NCBI GenBank assembly: GCA_035285545.1
Contig: JAYKGY010000067.1
Location: 1 to 54,574 of the forward strand
Source of the DNA: Snowella sp.
GTDB lineage: Bacteria > Cyanobacteriota > Cyanobacteriia > Cyanobacteriales > Microcystaceae
DNA length: 54,574 nucleotides
Direction of reading: 5' to 3'
Shown here: one piece after another, positions 31,531-39,965 of the stretch
Numbering within the stretch: the first letter of the stretch is position 1
How the letters are laid out: every line of letters begins with the position of its first letter
The notes under the pieces: generated by a model
What the model was told of the DNA's origin: nothing
Databases searched by the model: none
What the model saw: the letters and a program-made list of their open reading frames with translations, nothing else
Program-made: the position numbers and the translations under genes

Positions 31531-31945
31531 ACTACGCTTAGTTTTTGATACAAATGTTTTGATTAGTGGCTTATTATCTGACAATTCCGTACCTCAAAAA
31601 ATCTTTGACTATGCCCAAGCCAACGCTATTTTTCTCATTTCTCAGGAAACATTTCAAGAATTAGCTGAAGTCTTGACACGCTCCAAATTTGATCGCTATA
31701 TTACCCTAGAAAAAAGATCAAAATTTCTTAATCTTCTGAGCATAAAATCTGAAATGATTGAGATTACAACAAAAATCAATCTCTGTCGTGACCCCAAAGA
31801 CAATAAATTTCTCGAACTTGCCGTAAATGGAAAAGCCGATTACCTAATTACTGGTGATCAAGATTTATTAATACTAAATCCTTTTCAAAACATTAGTATT
31901 CTCTCTCCCCAAGCATTTACATTAATTTCTGATTTATCGTTCTAG
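31523..31945 (+). CDS. PIN-domain toxin (VapC-like)
   Basis: VFDTNVLIS, CRDPKDNKFLELA, LITGDQDLL. Confidence 0.92.
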   Translation: MTRLRLVFDTNVLISGLLSDNSVPQKIFDYAQANAIFLISQETFQELAEVLTRSKFDRYITLEKRSKFLNLLSIKSEMIEITTKINLCRDPKDNKFLELAVNGKADYLITGDQDLLILNPFQNISILSPQAFTLISDLSF

Positions 31946-32067
31946 GATAGACCCCACTCTCTACCAAATCCATAATTCTTCTTTCTTAAACCTTTCATAA
32001 TTAATCCTATTAACAGACTTCGGGTTGCTTTTTTTCTTGTTCTTCTTCTTCAAATCTATGCTACTAT
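31943..32067 (+). repeat. Cassette-separating repeat, copy 3 (degenerate)
   Basis: TAG..ACCAAATCC..ATAATTAATCCTATTAACAGACTTCGGGTTGCTTTTTTT..ATGCTACTAT. Confidence 0.65.
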
Positions 32068-32104
32068 GGGAGGTGGTAAAAAAACAAAAAACATTTATTA
32101 AAAA

Positions 32105-32317
32105 ATGGATAAAAAACAATTTTATGTCATCATTAGAATAAGATGAAGATGGTATTTGTATTGGCGAAGTTCCCCAACTAAAAGCCTGCCATAGCCAAGT
32201 AAAACCATTGATGAATTATTGAACAACATTCGTAAATTCATTGAAATATGTCTTGAAGAAATTGAAGAAGAAACGAAATTTAGTCAATTTGTTGGAATTT
32301 AAACCATTAGTGTCTGA
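32105..32317 (+). pseudogene. hicB: HicB antitoxin pseudogene
   Basis: MDKKQFYVII / DEDGICIGEVPQLKACHSQ / KTIDELLNNIRKFIEICLE with two frameshifts and internal stops. Confidence 0.8.
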
Positions 32318-32361
32318 TGTCTAAATTACCCACTATCACAGGGAAACAACTAATCACAATA
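32317..32361 (+). pseudogene. hicA: HicA toxin N-terminal stub cut off at repeat copy 4
   Basis: TGATG coupling to hicB; MSKLPTITGKQLI is a HicA-type start. Confidence 0.65.
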
Positions 32362-32450
32362 AAGGTGCATCCCATGCAACTAACCCCCTTATGCCTTAAA
32401 ACTTTAATCATTAACCCTATTGAGTAGACCTCGGTTTACCTTTTTCCCTC
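32362..32450 (+). repeat. Cassette-separating repeat, copy 4
   Basis: GGTGCATCCCATGCAAC..ACTTTAATCATTAACCCTATTG-AGTAGAC-CTCG-GTTTACC-TTTTT. Confidence 0.8.
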
Positions 32451-32556
32451 AATAGTGGCTCCTAAAAAACAAGCAAAATTTCGCTAGACTCGTAGATTGA
32501 ATCCTGCCTCTTAAATCAGGCTTAAATTATCTTTCTACACCCCCCTTATTTAGACA

Positions 32557-33047
32557 ATGGCTTCTGTATTTTTATCAGTCCGTATTCCCGATCTATTAAT
32601 GGCAAAAATTGATGCCCTTGTTGCTAAAACAAAGCGAAACAAAACAGAAGTAATCATTGAAATTGTAGAACGTGGATTACAATCCCTAGAAATTGATTCC
32701 AGACAATCTGCAAACTATGCCAGTATTCAACAATTAGAAGTATTAAATCAGGAGATTGACCGCTTAAAAAAGCCCTTAATCGCCTAACAGGTGATGATCA
32801 AACGAATTTAACCACTCAATCAGAAATTAAAGAAGAATCCTCAGTTCCAAGTCAGCCAATTCCTGAACGCCTATCGGAAGAATTTGGATTAACCGATAAA
32901 GAATTTTCTGAACAATCCAGAATTTCTCTGAGAATCGTGAAAAAACTGAAATCAAATCTCCTAAAAGGAGCCTCTTTTTCGACTCGACACAGCGACATTT
33001 TAGCAGAATGGACAGTCAAGCCCGATGGATTATGGTATCGGAAGTAA
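32557..33047 (+). CDS. Ribbon-helix-helix (CopG-like) protein; 76-aa form (stop 32787) and predicted 163-aa -1 frameshift form
   Basis: LSVRIPDLLMAKIDAL..NKTEVI..GL RHH pattern; in-frame A_AAA_AAG at 32766-72; -1 frame open to TAA 33047. Confidence 0.65.
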
Positions 33048-33178
33048 CTTATCGGGTACATTTAGAAATTGTGGAAAAGCAATGCCTTAAAGCGGAAGAA
33101 GCCTGGGAGAATAGTTTAGAAATTCTTTCAGAAGTTCAAATAGCTTAAGAATGTTTTTAATTAAAAGAGAAATCATTA

Positions 33179-34354
33179 ATGTTACTGATTTTAACCATTA
33201 TTGCTAGTATTTCATTAATTATTTGGCTATTTTTACTTTTATTTTGGGGACAATTTTGGCGAGCCGATCAGCGATTAGATAATTTGCCTAAGACCCTATC
33301 TGACTATCCAACCGTCTGTGCCGTCATTCCAGCGAGAAATGAAGCGGATGTTTTGCCGATTAGTTTAAAATCTCTGTTAATGCAGGATTATGCAGGACAA
33401 TTTTCGATTATTTTAATTGATGACCAGAGTACGGATCAAACGGGAGAAGTGGCCCAGGCGATCGCCGCAAATTTAGGATTATCTGAAAAACTTACTGTCA
33501 TCCCAGGCCAGCCCCTACCTCCAGGCTGGTCAGGAAAATTATGGGCAATGGAACAAGGCGTTCAAACCGTTGATAAACAAAACATAAACCCTGACTATTT
33601 TCTCTTTACTGATGCAGATATTAAACATCACCAATCCAATTTAAAAGAATTAGTCAGCAAGGCGGAACAGGAACAATTAGCCCTCACCTCCTTAATGGTT
33701 TTATTGCGTTGTGAAAGCGTTTGGGAGCAGTTTTTAATTCCGGCCTTTGTCTTCTTTTTCCAAAAACTTTATCCCTTTCCTTGGGTCAATAATCCCAATC
33801 GTAAAATGGCCGCAGCAGCAGGGGGGTGTATCCTCATTCGACGCGATCGCCTGCTGGAAATTGGCGGAATTGGTAGTTTACGGGAAGCATTAATTGATGA
33901 TTGCACCTTGGCCCAGAAAGTCAAAGCCAGTCAACCTTCAACCGCCATTTGGTTAGGACTAACCCAAGATACCAAAAGTTTACGCCCCTACGATTCCTTA
34001 GAAACCATTTGGAACATGATCGCTCGCACAGCCTATACCCAACTTAATTATTCTCCCTGGTTACTGTTAGGAACGTTAGTGGGAATGAGCCTGGTTTATC
34101 TGGCGGCACCCATCGGGTTAGTTTTAGGCATAATTTGGGGTTCAATGCCTTTAAGCTTAATTAGTGGTTTAACCTGGCTGTTAATGGCGATCGCCTACCT
34201 TCCTACCCTAAAACTTTATAGCCTATCCCCCTTGTGGAGCCTGAGTTTACCGTTAATTGCCCTGCTCTACAATCTAATGACCTTTGATTCGGCGTTACGA
34301 CATTGGCGCGGTCAAGGAGGCGGTTGGAAAGGGCGCGTTTATCCCCAAAGTTAA
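33179..34354 (+). CDS. hpnB: Hopanoid-associated glycosyltransferase HpnB-like (GT2)
   Basis: IPARNEAD, GWSGKLWA, FTDAD, AAAGGC, LIDDCTLA, GGGWKGR. Confidence 0.8.
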   Translation: MLLILTIIASISLIIWLFLLLFWGQFWRADQRLDNLPKTLSDYPTVCAVIPARNEADVLPISLKSLLMQDYAGQFSIILIDDQSTDQTGEVAQAIAANLGLSEKLTVIPGQPLPPGWSGKLWAMEQGVQTVDKQNINPDYFLFTDADIKHHQSNLKELVSKAEQEQLALTSLMVLLRCESVWEQFLIPAFVFFFQKLYPFPWVNNPNRKMAAAAGGCILIRRDRLLEIGGIGSLREALIDDCTLAQKVKASQPSTAIWLGLTQDTKSLRPYDSLETIWNMIARTAYTQLNYSPWLLLGTLVGMSLVYLAAPIGLVLGIIWGSMPLSLISGLTWLLMAIAYLPTLKLYSLSPLWSLSLPLIALLYNLMTFDSALRHWRGQGGGWKGRVYPQS

Positions 34355-35220
34355 GCGGGAAAAAGGTGATGCTTTAACACCTGGCGCATGGTATCGACGG
34401 GAACAGGTTCCTGTAACCATAATTGGAGGGCAGCGGCTCCCTGTTGTACCAACATTTCTAACCCATCAATGGCTAAATTGCCTTGAGCTTGAGCGTCTTG
34501 CAGGAAACGAGTCGGACTCGGTGTATAGATCAAATCGTAGGCGATCGCACTTTGGGGTAAATGTTGTAACAGTCCAGTAGTCACAGGAGAAGCCTCTATA
34601 TTCGGAGCCATACCCAGGGGGGTAGTATTCACTAATAACGCCGTATGGGGAATAAGGAGAGACAAATTTTCCCAAGGATGCACCGCAACAACCGCGTTTA
34701 AGTTACTCTTTTGCCAGCTTTGATGAAACGCTTCCAGTTTCGCCAGATTACGACCGACGACGTTAATCTGTGAGCATCCCAACTCAGCTAACCCAACCAC
34801 AACGGCTCTCGCGGCTCCCCCAATCCCCAAAACGACAGGACGAACCTTTGCCCAATCGCGGTCTAAAGCTTTCAGCGGAGCAATAAAGCCTTCCACATCC
34901 GTATTGGTTCCTTCCCAGCCTGATTCTGTCCAGCGCACTGTGTTAACGGCTCCGACGAGTTGGGCAGTGGGCGTAATCTGATTTAACCAGGGAATAATGG
35001 TTTGTTTGTGGGGGATGGTAATGCTAAATCCTACTAGGCCAATGGCTTGGAATCCCGCGATCGCAGTTGCCAGATTTTCCGGTTTGATAGGAAAAGCCAC
35101 ATACACAAAATCCCGACCGAGTTCGGCGATCGCTGCATTATGGATGAGGGGGGAAAGGGAATGGGTAACCGGATCACCGATTACACCGAGAAGTTTCGTT
35201 TTGCCCGTGATTGGTTGCAT
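34351..35220 (-). CDS. aroE: Shikimate dehydrogenase
   Basis: HSLSPLIHN, TIPHK, GAVNT, NTD, GGAARA, DGLEMLVQQG. Confidence 0.96.
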   Translation of the reverse strand: MQPITGKTKLLGVIGDPVTHSLSPLIHNAAIAELGRDFVYVAFPIKPENLATAIAGFQAIGLVGFSITIPHKQTIIPWLNQITPTAQLVGAVNTVRWTESGWEGTNTDVEGFIAPLKALDRDWAKVRPVVLGIGGAARAVVVGLAELGCSQINVVGRNLAKLEAFHQSWQKSNLNAVVAVHPWENLSLLIPHTALLVNTTPLGMAPNIEASPVTTGLLQHLPQSAIAYDLIYTPSPTRFLQDAQAQGNLAIDGLEMLVQQGAAALQLWLQEPVPVDTMRQVLKHHLFPA

Positions 35221-35284
35221 TGAATTGACGCTTAAATTTTGTTTGCACAGTGTTTTGGTTCTATGATATAGTAATGGTCTATGC

Positions 35285-35358
35285 GGACGTATAGCTCAGT
35301 TGGTTAGAGTACATCGTTGACATCGATGGGGTCACTGGTTCGAATCCAGTTACGTCCA
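35285..35358 (+). tRNA. trnV: tRNA-Val(GAC)
   Basis: GGACGTA/TACGTCC acceptor stem, CATCG-TTGACAT-CGATG anticodon arm, GGTTCGAATCC T arm; CCA not encoded. Confidence 0.97.
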
Positions 35359-35501
35359 TTTGAAAAATATAAGGCTTCTGTTGTTTGTGTGTGTGACCTG
35401 AAGCATAACTTTGTCGCAACGGCAAGCTTACGGTTTCAATAGAAGGTGGCAAACTTATGGTTCCAATTTCCTTTTTAGCTATATGTAAATAAATTTATAG
35501 T

Positions 35502-36080
35502 TTATGTATTGTCGAAAAGTGTTATTTGGAGACTAAAGCCGGGGAGCACTTCTTCACCCTTTAAAACAGTCGGTAAAGCGATGATCTCGGCTGGTTTATT
35601 CGGTCGATAAATCTCAACTGTTTGCCCTTGGGGGTTGAGTAACCAACCTAGCCGCAATCCACTGGCTAAGTATTCTTCCATTTTTGTCTGTAGTGCTTCT
35701 AGGCGATCGCTTCGAGAGCGTAATTCCAAAACGAAATCAGGACAAAGGGGAGGAAATTTTTCTTGCTCTTCTCGACTCAAATTTTGCCATCTTTCCAAGC
35801 TGACCCAGGCCGCATCGGGGGAACGATCGCCACCTTGGGGTAAACGGAAGATAGTGGAGGAACTAAAGACTTTCCCTAACCCCGTTTGTCGGTTCCAGAT
35901 CCCTAAGTCGATGAGAAAATCAGCTTCTCGGTTGCCACTAATACCACCCACCGGAGCCATAATTATTAATTCTCCTTGCTTGCTGCGTTCTAATTGGTGA
36001 TCTGGGTTAGCAAGGCAGAGATTATAGAATTGCTCATCGGTGAAGTTAACCTGATCCAGTTTTAGCATTACTGTGTTCAT
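35502..36080 (-). CDS. Uma2 (DUF820) family endonuclease-fold protein
   Basis: RSPDAAWV, CPDFVLELRS, GLRLGWLLNP. Confidence 0.93.
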   Translation of the reverse strand: MNTVMLKLDQVNFTDEQFYNLCLANPDHQLERSKQGELIIMAPVGGISGNREADFLIDLGIWNRQTGLGKVFSSSTIFRLPQGGDRSPDAAWVSLERWQNLSREEQEKFPPLCPDFVLELRSRSDRLEALQTKMEEYLASGLRLGWLLNPQGQTVEIYRPNKPAEIIALPTVLKGEEVLPGFSLQITLFDNT

Positions 36081-36252
36081 GGCATTAATCTACCATTGGA
36101 CTAATAATATCACCTAGCGTTTTAACTTTTTCAGCTTACAGGACTGGAAAAGATCGTCGCTTTTTTGGGAGGAGTTGAGGGTTTGCTAAGACAGTAATGA
36201 TAATTTTAGCAGTTTGAATCTCTGGTAGGTCGGAGGGGTTTTAATCTGCTCT

Positions 36253-36500
36253 TTATGGTTTAAAAATATGTTTACTCTGCTTCCCCAATGAGTGTAAACG
36301 CACTCCAGTAATAGACTCTGATAATTCAATGGATTGACTAAAATACTGATTTGTTTGAGCATATTCTTGTTTTTCTAAGAATAAAAATTTAATATTACTA
36401 AGGGTAGTGGCTTCACCAGAACGCTTTTCCACTACTTTGCTTAAAGTCAATGCTTGTTGATAATAATCAAGGGCTTTATTTTTTCCCCTAAATTAGAGTA
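36253..36500 (-). pseudogene. TPR-repeat protein remnant
   Basis: Minus-strand KALDYYQQALTLSKVVEKRSGEATTLSNI; in-frame stop upstream, no full gene. Confidence 0.6.
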
Positions 36501-36525
36501 AAGAAAACTGATAATTGTTCGCCCT

Positions 36526-36693
36526 ATGTTGATTCTAATACTCCTTACATTCCTTTTAACCGCGACTTGGTTCTGGGTTAATTTTTTGGTCTATATCCCA
36601 GTCAATATCGCTCATTTTTTCGGCTCTGTTAGCTGGTCAGTTTCAGGACTTCTCCTCTTAGCGGTTTTTGTTTATTTCTTTGGGGACGCTTAA
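36526..36693 (+). CDS. 55-aa two-TM small membrane protein (not in ORF track)
   Basis: MLILILLTFLLTATWFWVNFLVYIPVNIAHFFGSVSWSVSGLLLLAVFVYFFGDA. Confidence 0.55.
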   Translation: MLILILLTFLLTATWFWVNFLVYIPVNIAHFFGSVSWSVSGLLLLAVFVYFFGDA

Positions 36694-36746
36694 AAAAGAT
36701 TGACGAAGCTCTTCACTAAATTAAACATCCCATTAATTTCAACTCA

Positions 36747-38246
36747 CTAATTTTCCTCGTGCGAAGCCGATTGAGGGGGCAGAGCCGCAATAATCGCATC
36801 AATGACTTTACTGACGCTAATAATTTCCATCCCTTTCATTTCAGTAATGCTTTGTCCTTTGGGAATAATGGCTCGTTTGAACCCCAGCTTAGCCGATTCT
36901 TTGAGTCGTAACTCCATCTGGGACACAGACCGCACTTGGCCCCCTAAGCCCACTTCTCCAATTAAAACAGTCCGAGAATCCACCACGCGATCGCGGAAAC
37001 TCGCAACGAGAGCAATGGCAATCCCTAAATCAGCAGCCGGTTCCTCCACATCCAGCCCCCCAGCGGCGGACACATAGGCATCTAATTTGGAAAAGGGGAT
37101 ACCGACTCGTTTTTCTAAAACGGCCAAAATTTGCTGTAAACGGTTGTAATCAACGCCCGTGGTTGATCGTCGAGGCGAGGGATAACTGGTGGGACTCACC
37201 AGGGCTTGTAACTCCACTAATAGAGGACGGGTTCCTTCACAGGCCACAACGGTCGCTGTCCCTGGGCTAACCTCTTCTCGATTGCCTAAGAATAATTCCG
37301 AGGGATTATCAACTTCGCTTAAACCTTCCTCAACCATCTCAAAAATGCCGATTTCATGGGTTGCGCCAAAGCGATTTTTAACCGATCGCAGGAGTCGGTG
37401 GGAGGCATAGCGATCGCCTTGAAAATATAAAACCGTATCCACTAAATGTTCTAAAACCTTCGGCCCCGCGATCGCCCCTTCTTTGGTCACATGACCGACA
37501 ATAAACAGGCTGATATTCTCCCGTTTCGCTACCTGCATCAAGGTAGAGGTACATTCCCGTACCTGAGCCACCGACCCTGGAGCCGACGTTAATGCCGAGT
37601 AATAAAGATTTTGGATACTATCAATCACGGCAACTTGGGGCTTCAGCGATTCCAACTCCCGCAAGACCTCTTCTAAATCCGTTTCGGGTAAGACATAGAG
37701 CTTTGAGTCAATATCTTCTGCTAAAGGCGCGATCACCTCTTCTTCCATTCCCTTGTTTGATTTCGCTTTTTTCATGACTTCCGTGGGTTGGGTCACCCCT
37801 AAACGGGAAGCCCGTAACTTAATTTGTTGCCCCGACTCTTCCGCCGACACATACAAAATGCGGGGTAAGCGTTGGGCCAACTGGTAAGCCACTTGTAACA
37901 AAAGGGTTGATTTTCCAATACCTGGATCGCCACCGATTAACACTAACGCCCCTGGCACAATTCCCCCCCCTAACACCCGATCCAATTCTCCATACCCCGA
38001 CAGATAGCGAGTTTGATCCTGATCGTGAATTTGAGAAAACTTGAGGGCAATACGGGGTTGCGCCTGTCCATTTTTGACACTCGTTTTTGCACCTGCTTGC
38101 CAAGCATTACGGCTAGGATTACCGACGGCAGCAGCAACCTGTTCCTGTAAACTTCCATAAACGCCACAACTGGGACATTTGCCATACCATTGGGGTGATT
38201 CTCCACCACAGGCACTACAAACATAAAGAATGCGTGATTTAGCCAT
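36747..38246 (-). CDS. radA: DNA repair protein RadA/Sms
   Basis: C4 zinc finger, GGDPGIGKSTL, KNRFG. Confidence 0.97.
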   Translation of the reverse strand: MAKSRILYVCSACGGESPQWYGKCPSCGVYGSLQEQVAAAVGNPSRNAWQAGAKTSVKNGQAQPRIALKFSQIHDQDQTRYLSGYGELDRVLGGGIVPGALVLIGGDPGIGKSTLLLQVAYQLAQRLPRILYVSAEESGQQIKLRASRLGVTQPTEVMKKAKSNKGMEEEVIAPLAEDIDSKLYVLPETDLEEVLRELESLKPQVAVIDSIQNLYYSALTSAPGSVAQVRECTSTLMQVAKRENISLFIVGHVTKEGAIAGPKVLEHLVDTVLYFQGDRYASHRLLRSVKNRFGATHEIGIFEMVEEGLSEVDNPSELFLGNREEVSPGTATVVACEGTRPLLVELQALVSPTSYPSPRRSTTGVDYNRLQQILAVLEKRVGIPFSKLDAYVSAAGGLDVEEPAADLGIAIALVASFRDRVVDSRTVLIGEVGLGGQVRSVSQMELRLKESAKLGFKRAIIPKGQSITEMKGMEIISVSKVIDAIIAALPPQSASHEEN

Positions 38247-38464
38247 GTTAAGTTTTCTATCGAAACATCAAAACTCATCAAGATTTATCCGAAGATTTTG
38301 GTTTATGCTAGGAAAGGAGAAAATATTGATTCTCTAATCGAGAGCCGATATTTTAGACTTATCTAAGCGAAATAGTCGCCAAAAAGCTCACTCTAAAAAA
38401 AATTACTAGTCTATTTAACTTCACGATTAGTCATTCTACTTAACAATAAAAACAATAAGGAGCG

Positions 38465-39205
38465 TTGAGTCAGTTGGAAGCTCATAAGGAAAAAATTCTC
38501 GTTGTTGATGACGAGGCCAGCATCCGCAGAATCCTAGAAACTCGCTTATCCATGATTGGCTACGATGTTGTCACCGCCGCTGATGGAGAAGAAGCGATCG
38601 ATATTTTCCATAAAACGGAACCTGACCTGGTAGTGTTGGATGTCATGATGCCCAAACTGGATGGTTATGGGGTTTGTCAGGAGCTACGCAAAGAGTCAGA
38701 TATTCCGATCATTATGTTAACGGCTCTGGGGGATGTGGCAGACCGCATTACCGGCCTAGAGTTGGGGGCTGATGATTATGTGGTTAAACCCTTCTCTCCG
38801 AAGGAACTCGAAGCTCGGATTCGATCCGTTCTACGTCGGGTAGATAAAAATGGAATGCCTGGAATTCCCAGTTCAGGGGTGATTCAGATTGCCTCCATCC
38901 GTATTGATACTAACAAACGTCAGGTCTATAAGGGGGATGAACGCATTCGATTAACAGGGATGGAATTTAGCTTGTTAGAACTGTTAGTCGGTCGTTCTGG
39001 AGAACCCTTCTCTCGGTCAGACATTCTTCAGGAAGTCTGGGGCTATACCCCCGAACGCCATGTGGATACCAGGGTTGTCGATGTTCATATTTCACGGTTA
39101 CGCGCAAAATTAGAGGATGATCCCAGTAATCCTGAGCTAATTCTCACAGCTAGAGGTACAGGTTATCTTTTTCAACGTATTTTAGAACCTGGAGAAGAAC
39201 CCTAA
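38465..39205 (+). CDS. rpaB: OmpR-family response regulator RpaB (TTG start)
   Basis: EKILVVDDEASIRRILETRLSMIGY, WGYTPERHVDTRVVDVHISRLR; divergent from radA. Confidence 0.95.
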   Translation: MSQLEAHKEKILVVDDEASIRRILETRLSMIGYDVVTAADGEEAIDIFHKTEPDLVVLDVMMPKLDGYGVCQELRKESDIPIIMLTALGDVADRITGLELGADDYVVKPFSPKELEARIRSVLRRVDKNGMPGIPSSGVIQIASIRIDTNKRQVYKGDERIRLTGMEFSLLELLVGRSGEPFSRSDILQEVWGYTPERHVDTRVVDVHISRLRAKLEDDPSNPELILTARGTGYLFQRILEPGEEP

Positions 39206-39229
39206 ATTGTTTACCCTTGAGGGGAGTTT

Positions 39230-39874
39230 ATGAAAAGAGACCCCAATTGGATACTGCGCCTATTGCCCTTAGTGGCGGGGGCAGTCGGTAGTCTTCTATT
39301 GCTAATTAATCGAGTCAATACGGTTGAATTAACCCCCTCTCAAGCGCGTTCTGATGTGGTGGGGGTTATTCTTTCGGGAATGTTGGCGTTGGTCTGGTTG
39401 ATCTGGCAGCAGGTTCAACCCGTTCCCCCCGATGCGGTTACCCTAGTGGGCCAAGAGGGTTTAGAGTTTGCGCCCGATTTACCTGATCCGGTGAAAGTGG
39501 AATTGGCCTGGGCTTCCCATTTATTGTTAACGAATACCGTAACGAAATCGGTTGTCGTTTATTATCGCGATCGCGTTTTACTGCGGCGAGGAATTTTAGG
39601 GGTTAATCCGGCGGTTAAACCTGGCTCCATTGTTCAGCGAGTTTTAAATACCCAAAAACCCGTGTATTTAGTCAACCTCAATTTATATCCGGGTAAAGTG
39701 GAGTTTGATTATTTACCGGAAAATACCCAGGGTCTCATTTGTCAACCCATGGGCAAGGATGGCGTTTTAATTTTAGGAGCCAATATTCCGCGTAGTTATA
39801 CGAAACAGGATGAAAACTGGGTTGCGGGGATTGCCGATAAGTTGACCCTTACCCTAGCGCAAGATTTAGGCTAA
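39230..39874 (+). CDS. Cofactor assembly of complex C subunit B (CCB2/CCB4 family)
   Basis: LLLINR, QARSD, ELAWAS, NLNLYPG..FDYLPENTQ. Confidence 0.75.
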   Translation: MKRDPNWILRLLPLVAGAVGSLLLLINRVNTVELTPSQARSDVVGVILSGMLALVWLIWQQVQPVPPDAVTLVGQEGLEFAPDLPDPVKVELAWASHLLLTNTVTKSVVVYYRDRVLLRRGILGVNPAVKPGSIVQRVLNTQKPVYLVNLNLYPGKVEFDYLPENTQGLICQPMGKDGVLILGANIPRSYTKQDENWVAGIADKLTLTLAQDLG

Positions 39875-39965
39875 ATTAACGGTTTCTCCATGGGTTTTAA
39901 GCTCAAGTAAAGCCCATGAACCCATTTTTGCTGGATAAATTAATAGAACCCCGCTAAAAGGCAAG

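Noticed and set aside
30429..32450. Repeats as integron attC sites or a CRISPR array
   Set aside because: No RYYYAAC...GTTRRRY bounded palindrome, no intI or cas gene, and the spacers are whole genes of 300-700 bp
32852..33061. 69-aa minus-strand ORF
   Set aside because: Antisense shadow of the -1 frame extension; no recognisable motif
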